Of a DNA stretch of 64,000 bases, positions 19,881-30,519 are shown piece after piece. Position 1 is the first letter of the stretch; every line of letters starts with the position of its first letter. The stretch spans positions 159,017-223,016 of IMG/VR virus record IMGVR_UViG_3300028171_000090; one strand, given 5' to 3'. A program made the translations under genes and the position numbers. The notes beneath the pieces were generated by a model. The model saw nothing but the letters and a program-made list of their open reading frames with translations. It was not told the DNA's origin and ran no database searches. The stretch comes from a virus. Taxonomy: Duplodnaviria; Caudoviricetes.

Positions 19881-20909
19881 TTAGCCTTTATAACGAATTG
19901 CAGATGCAATTACTTTTTTGTATTCTGTGAATTGAGCTTTTTCAAGATCAATGCAGACACCAGTAACAATGTTATACACGTTTAATGAACGTTGTGTAAC
20001 ACTAACTGCTTCACGAGCAGCAGCAACTGATAAACTAGCGATTTCTTTTTTCGCAGTATCAGAGATTTTGTTAGCATCTGTTTGTGCTTTAGAGATAGCT
20101 TTATTAGTTTCAGCAATTGCTTTGCTATAAAGTTTATCTGTATCAGTTTGAGCTTTCTTGATTGTTTTAGATTGTTTGAATTCTTTAATGAATGCAATCA
20201 TATCTGTAACAGAAGCGAATTGGAAGCCTTTGATTGTTTTCTCTTCTCCGGCAACTTCTTCTTTTACATGCTTCGCAAACTCTTGTTGAGACATTTCGTC
20301 GTTACTGTTAGCAGCTTCACCTAGAAGTTTAGCAACAGATACTTCTTTCATTTCTTCGATAGTCTTTTTGATTGCATCAGCATTGTCACCGATTTTAACA
20401 TCAGTTACACTAGCTTCGATAGCTTTTTGCATTACGTTTGTAGCATGAGTATGGAATTTTTCAGCCGCACCAGTTTTCCAGTTATGACCTTTATATTCGA
20501 AGTTAGAGTAGTCTTTACCTTTTAACTCCTTCTCATACTTGTTAATGATAGAAGCGATATCACGAGTAGATGCTTCTACGTTTTTCAATAGGTTAGCAAA
20601 CCAACCTTTGATTTTAGCCCACATACGTTTAATCATTTCGATTGCTTTCGTGAAGTAACCAGAAACAACTGATTCGTTTAATTTTTCATATGCAGCTTCG
20701 TTACCGTTTAAGTTGATAGCCAATGCAGCTTGTTCAGCTAACATAATGTTTTCTTCAACCTCGTGCTCCATTTCTTGGTGCTCCAATAAGATAGCTTGGA
20801 TACCAGTCATATTTGGCGTGTAATGAGGTTTAACAATAGCGTCAACTGTTTCTTGAGTATTTTCACTTAATAAAGTTGAATTCTCAGATAATAGTGTAGA
20901 TAAAATCAT
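19881..20909 (-). CDS. Internal head (inner-body-like) protein, paralog 2
   Basis: Start at 20909 after an AAGGAGAG RBS. MILSTLLSEN, IKRMWAKIKGWF; promoter 20936-20947. Confidence 0.65.
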   Translation of the reverse strand: MILSTLLSENSTLLSENTQETVDAIVKPHYTPNMTGIQAILLEHQEMEHEVEENIMLAEQAALAINLNGNEAAYEKLNESVVSGYFTKAIEMIKRMWAKIKGWFANLLKNVEASTRDIASIINKYEKELKGKDYSNFEYKGHNWKTGAAEKFHTHATNVMQKAIEASVTDVKIGDNADAIKKTIEEMKEVSVAKLLGEAANSNDEMSQQEFAKHVKEEVAGEEKTIKGFQFASVTDMIAFIKEFKQSKTIKKAQTDTDKLYSKAIAETNKAISKAQTDANKISDTAKKEIASLSVAAAREAVSVTQRSLNVYNIVTGVCIDLEKAQFTEYKKVIASAIRYKG

Positions 20910-21023
20910 TTTATCATCTCTCCTTTTTCGTTGATTATAATGATGTTTTAATGTCAAATTACATATACGACAAAAAAAGAAGTAAGGACGGCTAAATACC
21001 GTCCTTACCCTTTATTATTTGGA

Positions 21024-22145
21024 TTATTTACCGCTGTGGCGGATAGCTCCAGCGATAGCACCTTTAAATTCTGCAAACTTTTCTTTCTCTAGGTCGATAC
21101 AGATACCAACTAGAGTAGTGTAAGCTGTTAACACGTTTTTCGCGTCATCAAGGTTATGTTTAGCATGAGCTAATTTACCAGCAGATGCATCGCGAGCACC
21201 AGTTTTGTCACCGCTAAGGCTATTAGCGTGAGCTTGGATGTCTTTGCGAACTTGTTCTGCTTCCTTGATTGTAGTTGCAAACATTTTGTCTACATCTTTA
21301 CGTGCAGCAGTAATCGTTTTGTTGTTTTTAAAGTTCTTTAAGAAATCAATCATTGTAGATAAAGCAATAGCGCTGAAGTTTTTAATAGCTTCTGCTTTGC
21401 CTTCACCTTTAACTTTTTCTCCTAAAGTAGTTTTTGCTTCAGAAGCAGATAACCCGTCACCATCATGACTAGGGTTAGTTGAACCGTCAACTAGAGCTTT
21501 AATCCATACAGATGTAGGAACTAATTGCTCTTTATGAGCAGTTTCGTTTTTCGTACGACTTTCAGCCGCAGCTGCTTTACGTTTATCAGTTTCATAGTTA
21601 GCTTTTGATCCACCAGCTTTACCGTTAACCCAGTCGTTTGCTCCTTTTGTACCAGCAGCAAGACTAGCATTGATTTTCGTTGCAGTAGCAGCGATGCCTT
21701 CATGGACTTTGTCAGCACCCTGTACCCATTTGTGACCATTGTATTCGTAATTAGAGTAGTCTTTTCCGTCTAACTCTTTACGATATTTTTCGATTAATTT
21801 GTTGATATCACGTGTAGCTGTTTCGAAGTGTTTGAAGATGTTTACAAACCATCCTTTTACTTTAGCCCACATTTTCTTCAGCATGTTAACGAATTTTGTG
21901 AAGTAGTCAGAACCCATGCTTTCGCTTAATTGCTCAGCGCGCTCTGTTTCACCTTTGAAACCTAATGCGAATGCAGCTTGTTCCATTAACATTACAGTTT
22001 CGTCTAAACGGTTACCCTCTTCTTGCGTTTCAAGTAAGATAGATTGGATACCTGTAGAGTTAGCAGTAAAGTGTTCGCTAATGATAGCTTCCACATCGAT
22101 TGCCTCTCCAGTAAAGTTCTCATTTAATAATGAAGAAAGAATCAT
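21024..22145 (-). CDS. Internal head (inner-body-like) protein, paralog 3
   Basis: MILSSLLNEN, LKKMWAKVKGWF; promoter 22192-22203. Confidence 0.65.
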   Translation of the reverse strand: MILSSLLNENFTGEAIDVEAIISEHFTANSTGIQSILLETQEEGNRLDETVMLMEQAAFALGFKGETERAEQLSESMGSDYFTKFVNMLKKMWAKVKGWFVNIFKHFETATRDINKLIEKYRKELDGKDYSNYEYNGHKWVQGADKVHEGIAATATKINASLAAGTKGANDWVNGKAGGSKANYETDKRKAAAAESRTKNETAHKEQLVPTSVWIKALVDGSTNPSHDGDGLSASEAKTTLGEKVKGEGKAEAIKNFSAIALSTMIDFLKNFKNNKTITAARKDVDKMFATTIKEAEQVRKDIQAHANSLSGDKTGARDASAGKLAHAKHNLDDAKNVLTAYTTLVGICIDLEKEKFAEFKGAIAGAIRHSGK

Positions 22146-22211
22146 GTAAATCTCTCCTTTTTCTTTTAGATTAAGATAGAATATCTTCAGTTATAGTCAT
22201 GTTGACTTGTA

Positions 22212-23204
22212 TTAAGCTAAACTGAATCCGTTGGAACCCGTATCCATAGCATTCGAAGATGTTTTTAGTTCATTGAAGTCAATTTTCTGACTTACATCTT
22301 TACGAGCTTGCTTTTCACTTGTATCGGATTTGATACGGAACTTATGAGACCAATCACGAATCTTCTTAGCGATACGTTCTTGATTACTCACTACAGTTTT
22401 CTTTTTACCTTGTGTAGATTTGTTATCATTATAGCGTAATGAGTTCGCATTCAATTCTAGGAATTGAGCTTGAGCATCTAAGTACTCAGATACAGACATA
22501 CGCATATGATACATATAATAGATTAATTCACGGATAACTGGAGTAATGGCAACTAGAGTACCAACTACAACAGCAGATGTCGCAACAGACGCACCAATGA
22601 ATTTTTCTGCATTTAGCATTGTATCGAAGAATTTATTAATCTCACCCTTCTGTACGTTTGCATTGAACTTGTCCAGATTTTCTAATAATAAGAAGTCTGA
22701 ACTATGGCTACGTTTTTGAATCTCTAACGCCGCATTGAAATCTCCACCAGGAGTTTTCACGAAGTCTACCATTGTGTAAATTAAGATATTCACACCAGCA
22801 ATGATAGACGCTGAGATTGTATTATAAAGCACTTGAATTAATGAGATATCTTGACTAAATCCAAGCATGAATTTATTCTTATAATGCTCAATATTATGAA
22901 GTGCTGTGTTGATTGTATCTAGTTGTGCTAGATGCACAATTCCAGCTTTTTGTTTTAACTCACCTAATAGATCGATAGAGTCACGTAACGTTTGGAATTG
23001 TGGAAGTTTTGTAATATCACCTTTTGTTTCAGGGATATCACCGAAATCAACGAACTTATATTTCTCTAACATTGTTTGATATAATTTCGTGATTAGTTTA
23101 TCACTGATTTCGACTTGCTCAGCTTCATTTAAACGGTTTAGTTCCATACGAGTCTTGTAAGACTCTTGTAACATTTCGTAGTTAAATTGTGAAGCAATAG
23201 ACAT
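22212..23204 (-). CDS. Virion structural protein with hydrophobic segments
   Basis: MLQES/LNEA sites near the N-terminus; hydrophobic IIAGVNILIY and FIGASVATSAVVVGTLVAITPVI. Confidence 0.55.
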   Translation of the reverse strand: MSIASQFNYEMLQESYKTRMELNRLNEAEQVEISDKLITKLYQTMLEKYKFVDFGDIPETKGDITKLPQFQTLRDSIDLLGELKQKAGIVHLAQLDTINTALHNIEHYKNKFMLGFSQDISLIQVLYNTISASIIAGVNILIYTMVDFVKTPGGDFNAALEIQKRSHSSDFLLLENLDKFNANVQKGEINKFFDTMLNAEKFIGASVATSAVVVGTLVAITPVIRELIYYMYHMRMSVSEYLDAQAQFLELNANSLRYNDNKSTQGKKKTVVSNQERIAKKIRDWSHKFRIKSDTSEKQARKDVSQKIDFNELKTSSNAMDTGSNGFSLA

Positions 23205-23219
23205 GTGGTTTCCCTCCTA

Positions 23220-24833
23220 TTACATTTTACCTAAGATTTGCATGATATTCTTAACTTCTCTAGCTTGGTTAGAGTTTTCTCTTTCTAGAGATGTGTAAGA
23301 GTATTGTTGGAAATCGGATTCTCCATCGTACATGAAGTATGCAATTTCAGATGCTGTATCAGCAACGACGAATGAGATTAAGAAATACTCACTCATTAAT
23401 TTACGTACAGTAGTCGTTGACATTAAATCAACTGAATGCTCGTTACGTATTTTATGCACTTCATCCATTGTAATAACAATTGTGGAGTTAGGTAATAATT
23501 GATTTTTTGTATTTAGTTTACGTAATAGACTAGAACGTTTGCTACGACGACGTAACACTGTCCACCATCTAGAATCGCTAAACTTACTATTTACATCCTG
23601 ACGGATGTTATTAATTGCGAATACAAAGTCTTTGAAGAACTCTGTTTCACCTGTAGACCAGCGTAGGAAGTTAAAGATAGCATTCCCACGAGTTACTCCA
23701 CGTACTAGGTTTTGTTCAATAGATTCAGACTTGATTGTATGGATGATTGTTTTAACTCCAACCATGTAATCCACAGCTTCTAAATCTCCTAGTTCATTAC
23801 GGAAGTATGTTTTAATATGAAGCATTGTTGGAACCATTTCATTTGCTTTCTTTGCATCGTTATCAGATAGGTTATCTTTTGGTACGATGTCATAAGAAGA
23901 CGTTGCAGTTGAGTTACGTCCCATTAATGCTTGCGTAGGAGTATCTTCATCAAATGTATGACCATCCTCAGATAAGATACGTTTGCCGTACGTATTGTAA
24001 CGGTTGTTCAATGTTGCACTTTCAGACATAACCGAATAGTTTTGCTTACGCGTTTTATCATTCAGTGTGTCTTCACGGAACCAAGGAGTATACTCTTTTA
24101 ATTGATCACGGTTCATGACAGCACATTCTTGAATGATTCTCTCACGGTTAATCTCTTTCATATTCTTCACATCAATAGGTGGTGTTAGAATATATTGATA
24201 CGTACCATTTGTTTGGTTACGTAACATAAATGCTTCTTGTAGCTTTGTTCCTTCATGCAGAATCATACCACTGAAACCTTGTAGTTTGTATACAGCACGG
24301 TTTGGATTCTCAGCATAGAACTCAGCTAGTAATTCATCGATAGATGGGTCTTCGTCATCTTCGTACTCGTCAGTTGCCACAATATCAAGATTATCTTCAT
24401 CTTTTGTTGCTTCCATTAACATAGCACGGAACTCTCTATCTAATTGTACAGCAGCGTTACGAGTCTCTACATCCATTTTAGGAAGTTTGAACTTTGGCTT
24501 TACTGTAACACTTTCATTGAATACGCTAGATACGCTTTGGTTCGGCATGTTTTGATGCAGACCGCGTAAGAATGCTTTTACATCTCGTGAATCTGTTACA
24601 GAATCGATAGATGTAATAACACGGATAAAGGAAACGAATTCTCGTTCTAACGCTTTACCCATCATCGTAGCTTCTTCTAAAGATAGTGATGCGGAACATA
24701 GTACAGGGAACTGTAAGATACCCTTTCTAGCTTCAGATGCTACTGAGCCTTTTGTGTTTACTTTGAATTTACCTTCAGACGCAGCAGATTTTGCATCACG
24801 GAAAATATCGTGAATGTCTCTTATGATAGTCAT
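23220..24833 (-). CDS. Virion structural protein (head, likely protease-processed)
   Basis: 537 aa, AAAGGAGG RBS, late promoter; multiple (F/L/M/I)-x-E sites in an acidic middle linker. Confidence 0.55.
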   Translation of the reverse strand: MTIIRDIHDIFRDAKSAASEGKFKVNTKGSVASEARKGILQFPVLCSASLSLEEATMMGKALEREFVSFIRVITSIDSVTDSRDVKAFLRGLHQNMPNQSVSSVFNESVTVKPKFKLPKMDVETRNAAVQLDREFRAMLMEATKDEDNLDIVATDEYEDDEDPSIDELLAEFYAENPNRAVYKLQGFSGMILHEGTKLQEAFMLRNQTNGTYQYILTPPIDVKNMKEINRERIIQECAVMNRDQLKEYTPWFREDTLNDKTRKQNYSVMSESATLNNRYNTYGKRILSEDGHTFDEDTPTQALMGRNSTATSSYDIVPKDNLSDNDAKKANEMVPTMLHIKTYFRNELGDLEAVDYMVGVKTIIHTIKSESIEQNLVRGVTRGNAIFNFLRWSTGETEFFKDFVFAINNIRQDVNSKFSDSRWWTVLRRRSKRSSLLRKLNTKNQLLPNSTIVITMDEVHKIRNEHSVDLMSTTTVRKLMSEYFLISFVVADTASEIAYFMYDGESDFQQYSYTSLERENSNQAREVKNIMQILGKM

Positions 24834-24938
24834 AAGTCACCCTCCTTTAAGAATTAATACAAAAAAATATTAATATCATGTTACAGTGTATAAAACGTAT
24901 ATGAATGCAGTTGCCTACATTCATATACGTCTACTATA

Positions 24939-25739
24939 TTACGCTACATATTTATCATTGAAATATGCCTTTACTACTTCTTTCTTATACATTGAATCCT
25001 CAGATAACTCATCTTCAATACGATGCATGATATCTTCTTTCGTAGCTGTTACTGCCAGTTTACTCATTTCAACAATTGTTGACATTTCTTCTATAATAGA
25101 TTTAATCATTTCTGGAATATCAACATCGTCTTTCAATTGCTTATTAACAGCCACACCACAATCTTTTAAGTATCCGATTGTACTACTAAATGATTGAGGC
25201 ATAATAAGATGAGCTTTTAATACAAGTGCCATTGTCATATCTTTCGGCTTTGCCTTCGTCAGGTTATTGAAGTTATACATTAAACCTTGACAAGCTTCAT
25301 CGAAATCATCTTCGTCCTCATCTGTATATATTTTAGTAAAGTCATATTTACCTAATGCGTCTTCATTTATCAATAATTCAATTACTCGAATGACATCATC
25401 TGTTTTATACATTCTCTTGAATTGGCTAATAATAACGTCTCTTCGAGTCGTTGTATCAGTATCCAATGATTGCATAACAACTGGTTTATCTTCCATTTCA
25501 TTCTCCTTCATAACCTCATCGATTACACCATCTAATCCTTTCGGAGCTAGTCCCTGTAACGATTTCAGATTACTCTTTCCATCTTCTCCTTCAAGAGAAA
25601 CTCTTTCAGATACATCCTTAGCATTCTTTGGCTTTTCCTCTTTTACCTTTTCTTCTTCTTTCTTTAGTTCTGGGTTGCGTGTAGCAACATCCTTTGCATT
25701 TCTAGTTCCTGTAGTTCCTGCATTTCTTCGCGTAGTCAT
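24939..25739 (-). CDS. Hypothetical acidic protein
   Basis: 266 aa, GGAGGA RBS, early-type motif at 25776-25793. Confidence 0.7.
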   Translation of the reverse strand: MTTRRNAGTTGTRNAKDVATRNPELKKEEEKVKEEKPKNAKDVSERVSLEGEDGKSNLKSLQGLAPKGLDGVIDEVMKENEMEDKPVVMQSLDTDTTTRRDVIISQFKRMYKTDDVIRVIELLINEDALGKYDFTKIYTDEDEDDFDEACQGLMYNFNNLTKAKPKDMTMALVLKAHLIMPQSFSSTIGYLKDCGVAVNKQLKDDVDIPEMIKSIIEEMSTIVEMSKLAVTATKEDIMHRIEDELSEDSMYKKEVVKAYFNDKYVA

Positions 25740-25868
25740 TTAAGTATCCTCCAATGAGATTTTATTTTTTGTTATTCATAAAGATAATATATATTTGTAA
25801 CATAGCCTAATACGTTTCTACGTTCCCAAAAAAATAAGAGAGCACATGTGAATCTTTATATCATACTT

Positions 25869-26129
25869 TCATCCTCGAAAGTATATGGACTCATCTAACC
25901 GAATGGCAACGTCTTTTGATTTGCGAACTTTCTTCTTCTTTTTCTTCTTCACTTTAAATGAATGATTATAATCATAAGAATAATTGCGTTTATTATCTAC
26001 AACCTTATGAGCTGTATTCGCTGCAAGTTCAACTGCAAATTGTACGTTGTCTGGATCACATCCTTTATCGGTTAGTGTCGAATAAGCGTAACCCGCTATT
26101 AAGTTAATTCCAATATTTAATAATGACAT
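25869..26129 (-). CDS. Small hypothetical protein with poly-Lys tract
   Basis: 86 aa, GGGGAG RBS. Confidence 0.6.
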   Translation of the reverse strand: MSLLNIGINLIAGYAYSTLTDKGCDPDNVQFAVELAANTAHKVVDNKRNYSYDYNHSFKVKKKKKKKVRKSKDVAIRLDESIYFRG

Positions 26130-26386
26130 AAGTAAACTCCCCCAGTATACATGATGTATGCTGGTGTGAATATAATCTATATTTAATCACACCAAACGCT
26201 TTCTATAATAAACTGTCTCATACCGAACCCTTGGGTTTATTACATGACGGCTATGACGAACAGGACTAGATAGTTGGCGGTGGATACAATTAGATATATT
26301 TTATACTCACATGTGTCTCACATGGATAATGTATACTTGAAAAAGGGGTTAACTATTATAGGATCATACAAAAAAAAGAAGAGGTA

Positions 26387-26695
26387 TTACACCTCTTCTC
26401 CCCCATGTCTTTGACGAAACCCTTCCCAGAACTCAATCATATCAATATCAGTAAACGATTTATTGATATTGAATAAAGGTTGAAATGCTTCCTTTATTCG
26501 CTTATCTTCCTTTCGGACTTCTCGCTTCTTTCTTGATGCTCTCATTCTAGCTTCCATGTAACCTCTAGACATTGGACGTGTTAACATGTGTATGCTCGGA
26601 TTTTGTCCGTCAGGATATTCCATAATACATACTCTTTGTACATCGTCCCCTTGTAACATATTATCACCTAGTTTTGCAAGTTTGTGTGTAGACAT
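26387..26695 (-). CDS. Hypothetical protein
   Basis: 102 aa, GGAGGGA RBS, early-type motif at 26728-26745. Confidence 0.7.
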   Translation of the reverse strand: MSTHKLAKLGDNMLQGDDVQRVCIMEYPDGQNPSIHMLTRPMSRGYMEARMRASRKKREVRKEDKRIKEAFQPLFNINKSFTDIDMIEFWEGFRQRHGGEEV

Positions 26696-26846
26696 TGATG
26701 TCCCTCCATAGTAATAGTTTTTAGTCTATCATAGAGATAATATGTATTTTAAATAACTGCTATTACGATAAGTATTATATAGTAGGTCTGACAGAATGTA
26801 TAGCCCGAACAGCTTTGTAATAACACGTATAGAGAGGAGGATATCT

Positions 26847-27743
26847 ATGGCATGGAGTGAAGAAGCTATAAGAGATAGACATAATATAACAGCTAACTCT
26901 TATTTAAGTAATATTAATAACTTAAACCGATTTAAACTCCGCTATCCTGACTTTGAGTTAGAGAATACGCAAGGTCATGTATTCTTTACAAGACCTGACC
27001 TAAATATCTTTGAAGAAGGTCCAGGGACAATTAGTAAGCAGATTATCAATCGATATGAATTCGTAGACCGTTTAGAATTCGATATCGAACTATTTAAATT
27101 CCTGAAAAATGGACAAGGTGGTTCATTCATTAATCCTATCTCCAACTATGTAGAGAACTTTGATTTATCGGACGAGATAATTAAAACTCGTGAAGAATCA
27201 GAAACTACGAATGATTGGAAAATCATGTACGGAGGTAGACAGAATGAATCGTTAGCAGCCAATACCATTACGTTAAACTATCGTGATGATCGTAACTTGA
27301 CAATCTATAAGTTACATTATATTTGGCTTGAGTATATACATTTAATTTCATTAGGTATCATAAAACCGATGCCTCACAACCGTATTAAGAAAATACTGGA
27401 TTATGCCGCTTCTGTATACTTCTTCCTAACAGCGGAAGATGGAGAGACGATTATCTTCTACTCTAAGTATACTGGTGTATTCCCAATGAATAAACCTTCT
27501 AGCGCTTTATCATGGGCAAAAGGTAGTCACCGTCCACCTAACTATTCGATACAATATCAGTATTCGTTTAAGAAGGATATGGACCCATTAGCTATCAAGG
27601 ACTTTAATAACATATCAGGTTATGTAAAAGGTTCTGGTTACACACCAGTCTATGACAAGTCACTAGGTTTAATGGCAAAGACTTGGGCATCGAATGCCTT
27701 TGTTGAAAAAGTAGGACGTGGATACAAATTACGATATGTATAA
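26847..27743 (+). CDS. Tail tube-like / tube-initiator baseplate protein
   Basis: Start after GAGGAGG. GHVFFTRPDLNI, ITLNYRDD, LDYAASVYFF, YSKYTGVFP fit the tail-tube fold pattern. Confidence 0.6.
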   Translation: MAWSEEAIRDRHNITANSYLSNINNLNRFKLRYPDFELENTQGHVFFTRPDLNIFEEGPGTISKQIINRYEFVDRLEFDIELFKFLKNGQGGSFINPISNYVENFDLSDEIIKTREESETTNDWKIMYGGRQNESLAANTITLNYRDDRNLTIYKLHYIWLEYIHLISLGIIKPMPHNRIKKILDYAASVYFFLTAEDGETIIFYSKYTGVFPMNKPSSALSWAKGSHRPPNYSIQYQYSFKKDMDPLAIKDFNNISGYVKGSGYTPVYDKSLGLMAKTWASNAFVEKVGRGYKLRYV

Positions 27744-27757
27744 GAGAGGTGCTATAA

Positions 27758-30490
27758 ATGGCAGGAACTACAAGTAAAACCATTGACCGTACGACCAAGT
27801 ATAAGTTAATGGACTACTGGTTAAATACCATGTCACCACAGTACTTTGACCAACAAGCCTTATCGTTATCTAATGTAGGTATGTTTGGTTATATGAATGC
27901 TGTCATGAGTGATAACTTCGAAGCTATGACAAATGAAACATCTGTACTATATAATGAAATATTCCCTAAGAAAGCTCAGTTACCTGAATCTATCTTAGGC
28001 TATGCCGCACAGTATGGATTAGAAGAAATTAATGCAACACCGGCTGTAATGGAATTTGCGATTGCTATCCGTGAAGATATCATGTTAGAGAACTTGATAC
28101 AACAGGATGGAGATGCTTTCTTTATCATCGATAAAGATAGTGAAATCTATGTCGAAGACATTCCTTATATGCTGGACTATGATGTAAAGATTAACGTTAA
28201 GTATCGTGATGGGAAACCTATCTATTCAGCCCTATATACATTAGGAGAACGAGATAAACCTGAAACGATTATCTTAAATCCACTGAGTGAGATTACCGAT
28301 AAAACAAATCCATACTTACGTATTACATCGATGAAAGGTGAAGACGACCAAACTTATGTGTACGTATTCGTACGAGTAAGACAGGTTGCAAAAACATTAA
28401 TCTCTAAGACTATCTTTAATGATGACTTTATTGATTACTATACATTTGACTTTGATTACAATGGAATGCTTGCTGACTTCTATGTATTATATAAAGAGCC
28501 AAATGGTACAAAGTATATTCAGCTAGAAAAACGAATCGTTGATTCAGCTCCAGCAGAGAAACCATTCTGTTGGTATCAATACCGAGATGACGATACGATT
28601 ACAATATCCTTCTCGACAATGATTCGACATTTCCGTCCAGCGTTTAACTCTGAATTAGTCTTTGTTGTATTTACAACAAATGGAGAACGTGGTAACTTCA
28701 CATACACTGGTAACAATATTCGTATTGTACCAAAGTCTGAAATCTATGATTACCGTCGTGTAATTATGTTACCATACAAACTAACAGAGAGTGAAGGCGG
28801 AAAAGATAACTTAACATTCCCACAGATTAAGCAACAAACATCTTTACTTGCTACAACGGGATACAATATCGCTACAGCGATTGACTTAAATAATTACTTC
28901 ACTAGTATTGAGAAAGGTGCTTCTCGATTCTTATTCTTAAAGAAACGTGATGATATCCTAGACCGATTATTCTCAGCATTCGTTCTATTCCGTGATAGAA
29001 ATAAAAATATCATGCCAACGAATACAATGAACCTGAAGATATCAGAAAATCAATATGATTTATATGAAGAGAGTACAAAACGTTATACCTTACGAGCTGG
29101 TAATACTTTCGTATACGATGGTGCGAATCGTCAGTTACGATTAGAGAAAGACCCAGCTAAGTTAAAGAATGAACGTTTCGTTTATAAGAATCCATTTACG
29201 ATTGTAATGAATAAAGTTCCGTATTCTGTTACCTACTATTTAAATAGTATGGATAAGACATACCTAACGGACTTTAAGTATATCAATGAATCAGCGATGT
29301 ACAACTTCATTACCAATAACATCCGTATTCAACGTGATGCAATTAATGGAGAGAATAAATATAAGATTACATTTAAGATGAAACCAAACTCAACGGTTGA
29401 TCCAAACTTTATTGCGAAGTTTGATAACCCTGATGTGAATAAGTTCTTAGAAGCAACAGGGAATCTCGTTGTAAAAGGAATCTTTATGGATGATAAAGAA
29501 GAGATTCAATATCACATGGATTTCAAAATGGTTGATTATAGTCGTACACAGAATGAAGCATCATTTGAAGGCTACATTGAAACAGATGACTACATTTCAG
29601 CAGTTAACTATATGCGTACGATTAACTCTGTAAGTAAAGCATGGGAAACACCAAAGCAATCGAAGATTCTAATTGAAGCATCTAAGATTAACTTTGGTCT
29701 TGTGGTATATTGTAAAGAGGATGATCCGAAATACTATAAAGGGGTTGACCAAATCCCTGGTATGGAAACTTTCTCTGTTACAAATATGTATCGCGTACCA
29801 CAGCAAATTGACATTATCAATAACATGTCAGACATCATGCGTTCTCATTTAGAAGTAGTACCTATCCCACCAGTGGACCCAGCAGACCCAATGAAAAATG
29901 GATTCTATTATATCATCAAAGAGGTTCCATTCGTGAGGGCGGACTACATCTCTATTAAGGAGTATACATTCGATTTCGTGAACCAAGCGCTCGATGTATC
30001 GTACCTATTGCGTCGTGAAACACGTAGGTTAACGAATAACTTCTCGATAGACTATAAGCTTTATAACACATTCGGTAAATCTTATTACTTCTACATTAAG
30101 AATAACCCTGAATTGAAATTGGATCGAGTTAATATTGATTTCTATATCTGGGTGAAACTAAATCCAAATAAAATGCAGGATGAGATTCTGAAAAATAATG
30201 TGAAGAATTATATTAAGGAATATATCGAATCTATCAATGATACGGAGAACTTCCACGTATCGAACTTACTACGTAAGTTAGAGAATGATTTCAAAGATGT
30301 GCTATACACTGAGTTCCAGCATATCAATGAATATGCTCCAGATGTACAGACTATCGAGAAACAGTTCCCATTAAACTCTGTAGATTATCCAGAGTTAGTC
30401 CGTAACTTCGTACCGGAATATCTATGTATTGATAAAACATATCATAACAGTGTACAAGTTACCGACAAAGTCATCATCAAATACATTTAA
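27758..30490 (+). CDS. Baseplate wedge subunit (T4 gp6 / baseplate J-like)
   Basis: 910 aa; N-terminal GMFGYM..NEIFPKKAQLPESILGYAAQYG matches the gp6 family pattern. Confidence 0.7.
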   Translation: MAGTTSKTIDRTTKYKLMDYWLNTMSPQYFDQQALSLSNVGMFGYMNAVMSDNFEAMTNETSVLYNEIFPKKAQLPESILGYAAQYGLEEINATPAVMEFAIAIREDIMLENLIQQDGDAFFIIDKDSEIYVEDIPYMLDYDVKINVKYRDGKPIYSALYTLGERDKPETIILNPLSEITDKTNPYLRITSMKGEDDQTYVYVFVRVRQVAKTLISKTIFNDDFIDYYTFDFDYNGMLADFYVLYKEPNGTKYIQLEKRIVDSAPAEKPFCWYQYRDDDTITISFSTMIRHFRPAFNSELVFVVFTTNGERGNFTYTGNNIRIVPKSEIYDYRRVIMLPYKLTESEGGKDNLTFPQIKQQTSLLATTGYNIATAIDLNNYFTSIEKGASRFLFLKKRDDILDRLFSAFVLFRDRNKNIMPTNTMNLKISENQYDLYEESTKRYTLRAGNTFVYDGANRQLRLEKDPAKLKNERFVYKNPFTIVMNKVPYSVTYYLNSMDKTYLTDFKYINESAMYNFITNNIRIQRDAINGENKYKITFKMKPNSTVDPNFIAKFDNPDVNKFLEATGNLVVKGIFMDDKEEIQYHMDFKMVDYSRTQNEASFEGYIETDDYISAVNYMRTINSVSKAWETPKQSKILIEASKINFGLVVYCKEDDPKYYKGVDQIPGMETFSVTNMYRVPQQIDIINNMSDIMRSHLEVVPIPPVDPADPMKNGFYYIIKEVPFVRADYISIKEYTFDFVNQALDVSYLLRRETRRLTNNFSIDYKLYNTFGKSYYFYIKNNPELKLDRVNIDFYIWVKLNPNKMQDEILKNNVKNYIKEYIESINDTENFHVSNLLRKLENDFKDVLYTEFQHINEYAPDVQTIEKQFPLNSVDYPELVRNFVPEYLCIDKTYHNSVQVTDKVIIKYI

Positions 30491-30519
30491 CAACATACTA
30501 AAATAGTATAGGAGGGGTT

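Noticed and set aside
18837-22149. Alternate-frame and antisense ORFs within the head-protein paralogs
   Set aside because: Low-complexity shadows of Lys/Ala-rich genes, with no initiation signals.
23220-24833. Major capsid protein call for the 537-aa gene
   Set aside because: No recognisable HK97-fold signature by eye; left as a generic virion protein.
26215-26240. GGTTCG as a tRNA T-loop (minus strand)
   Set aside because: No cloverleaf, acceptor stem or D-arm could be built around it.
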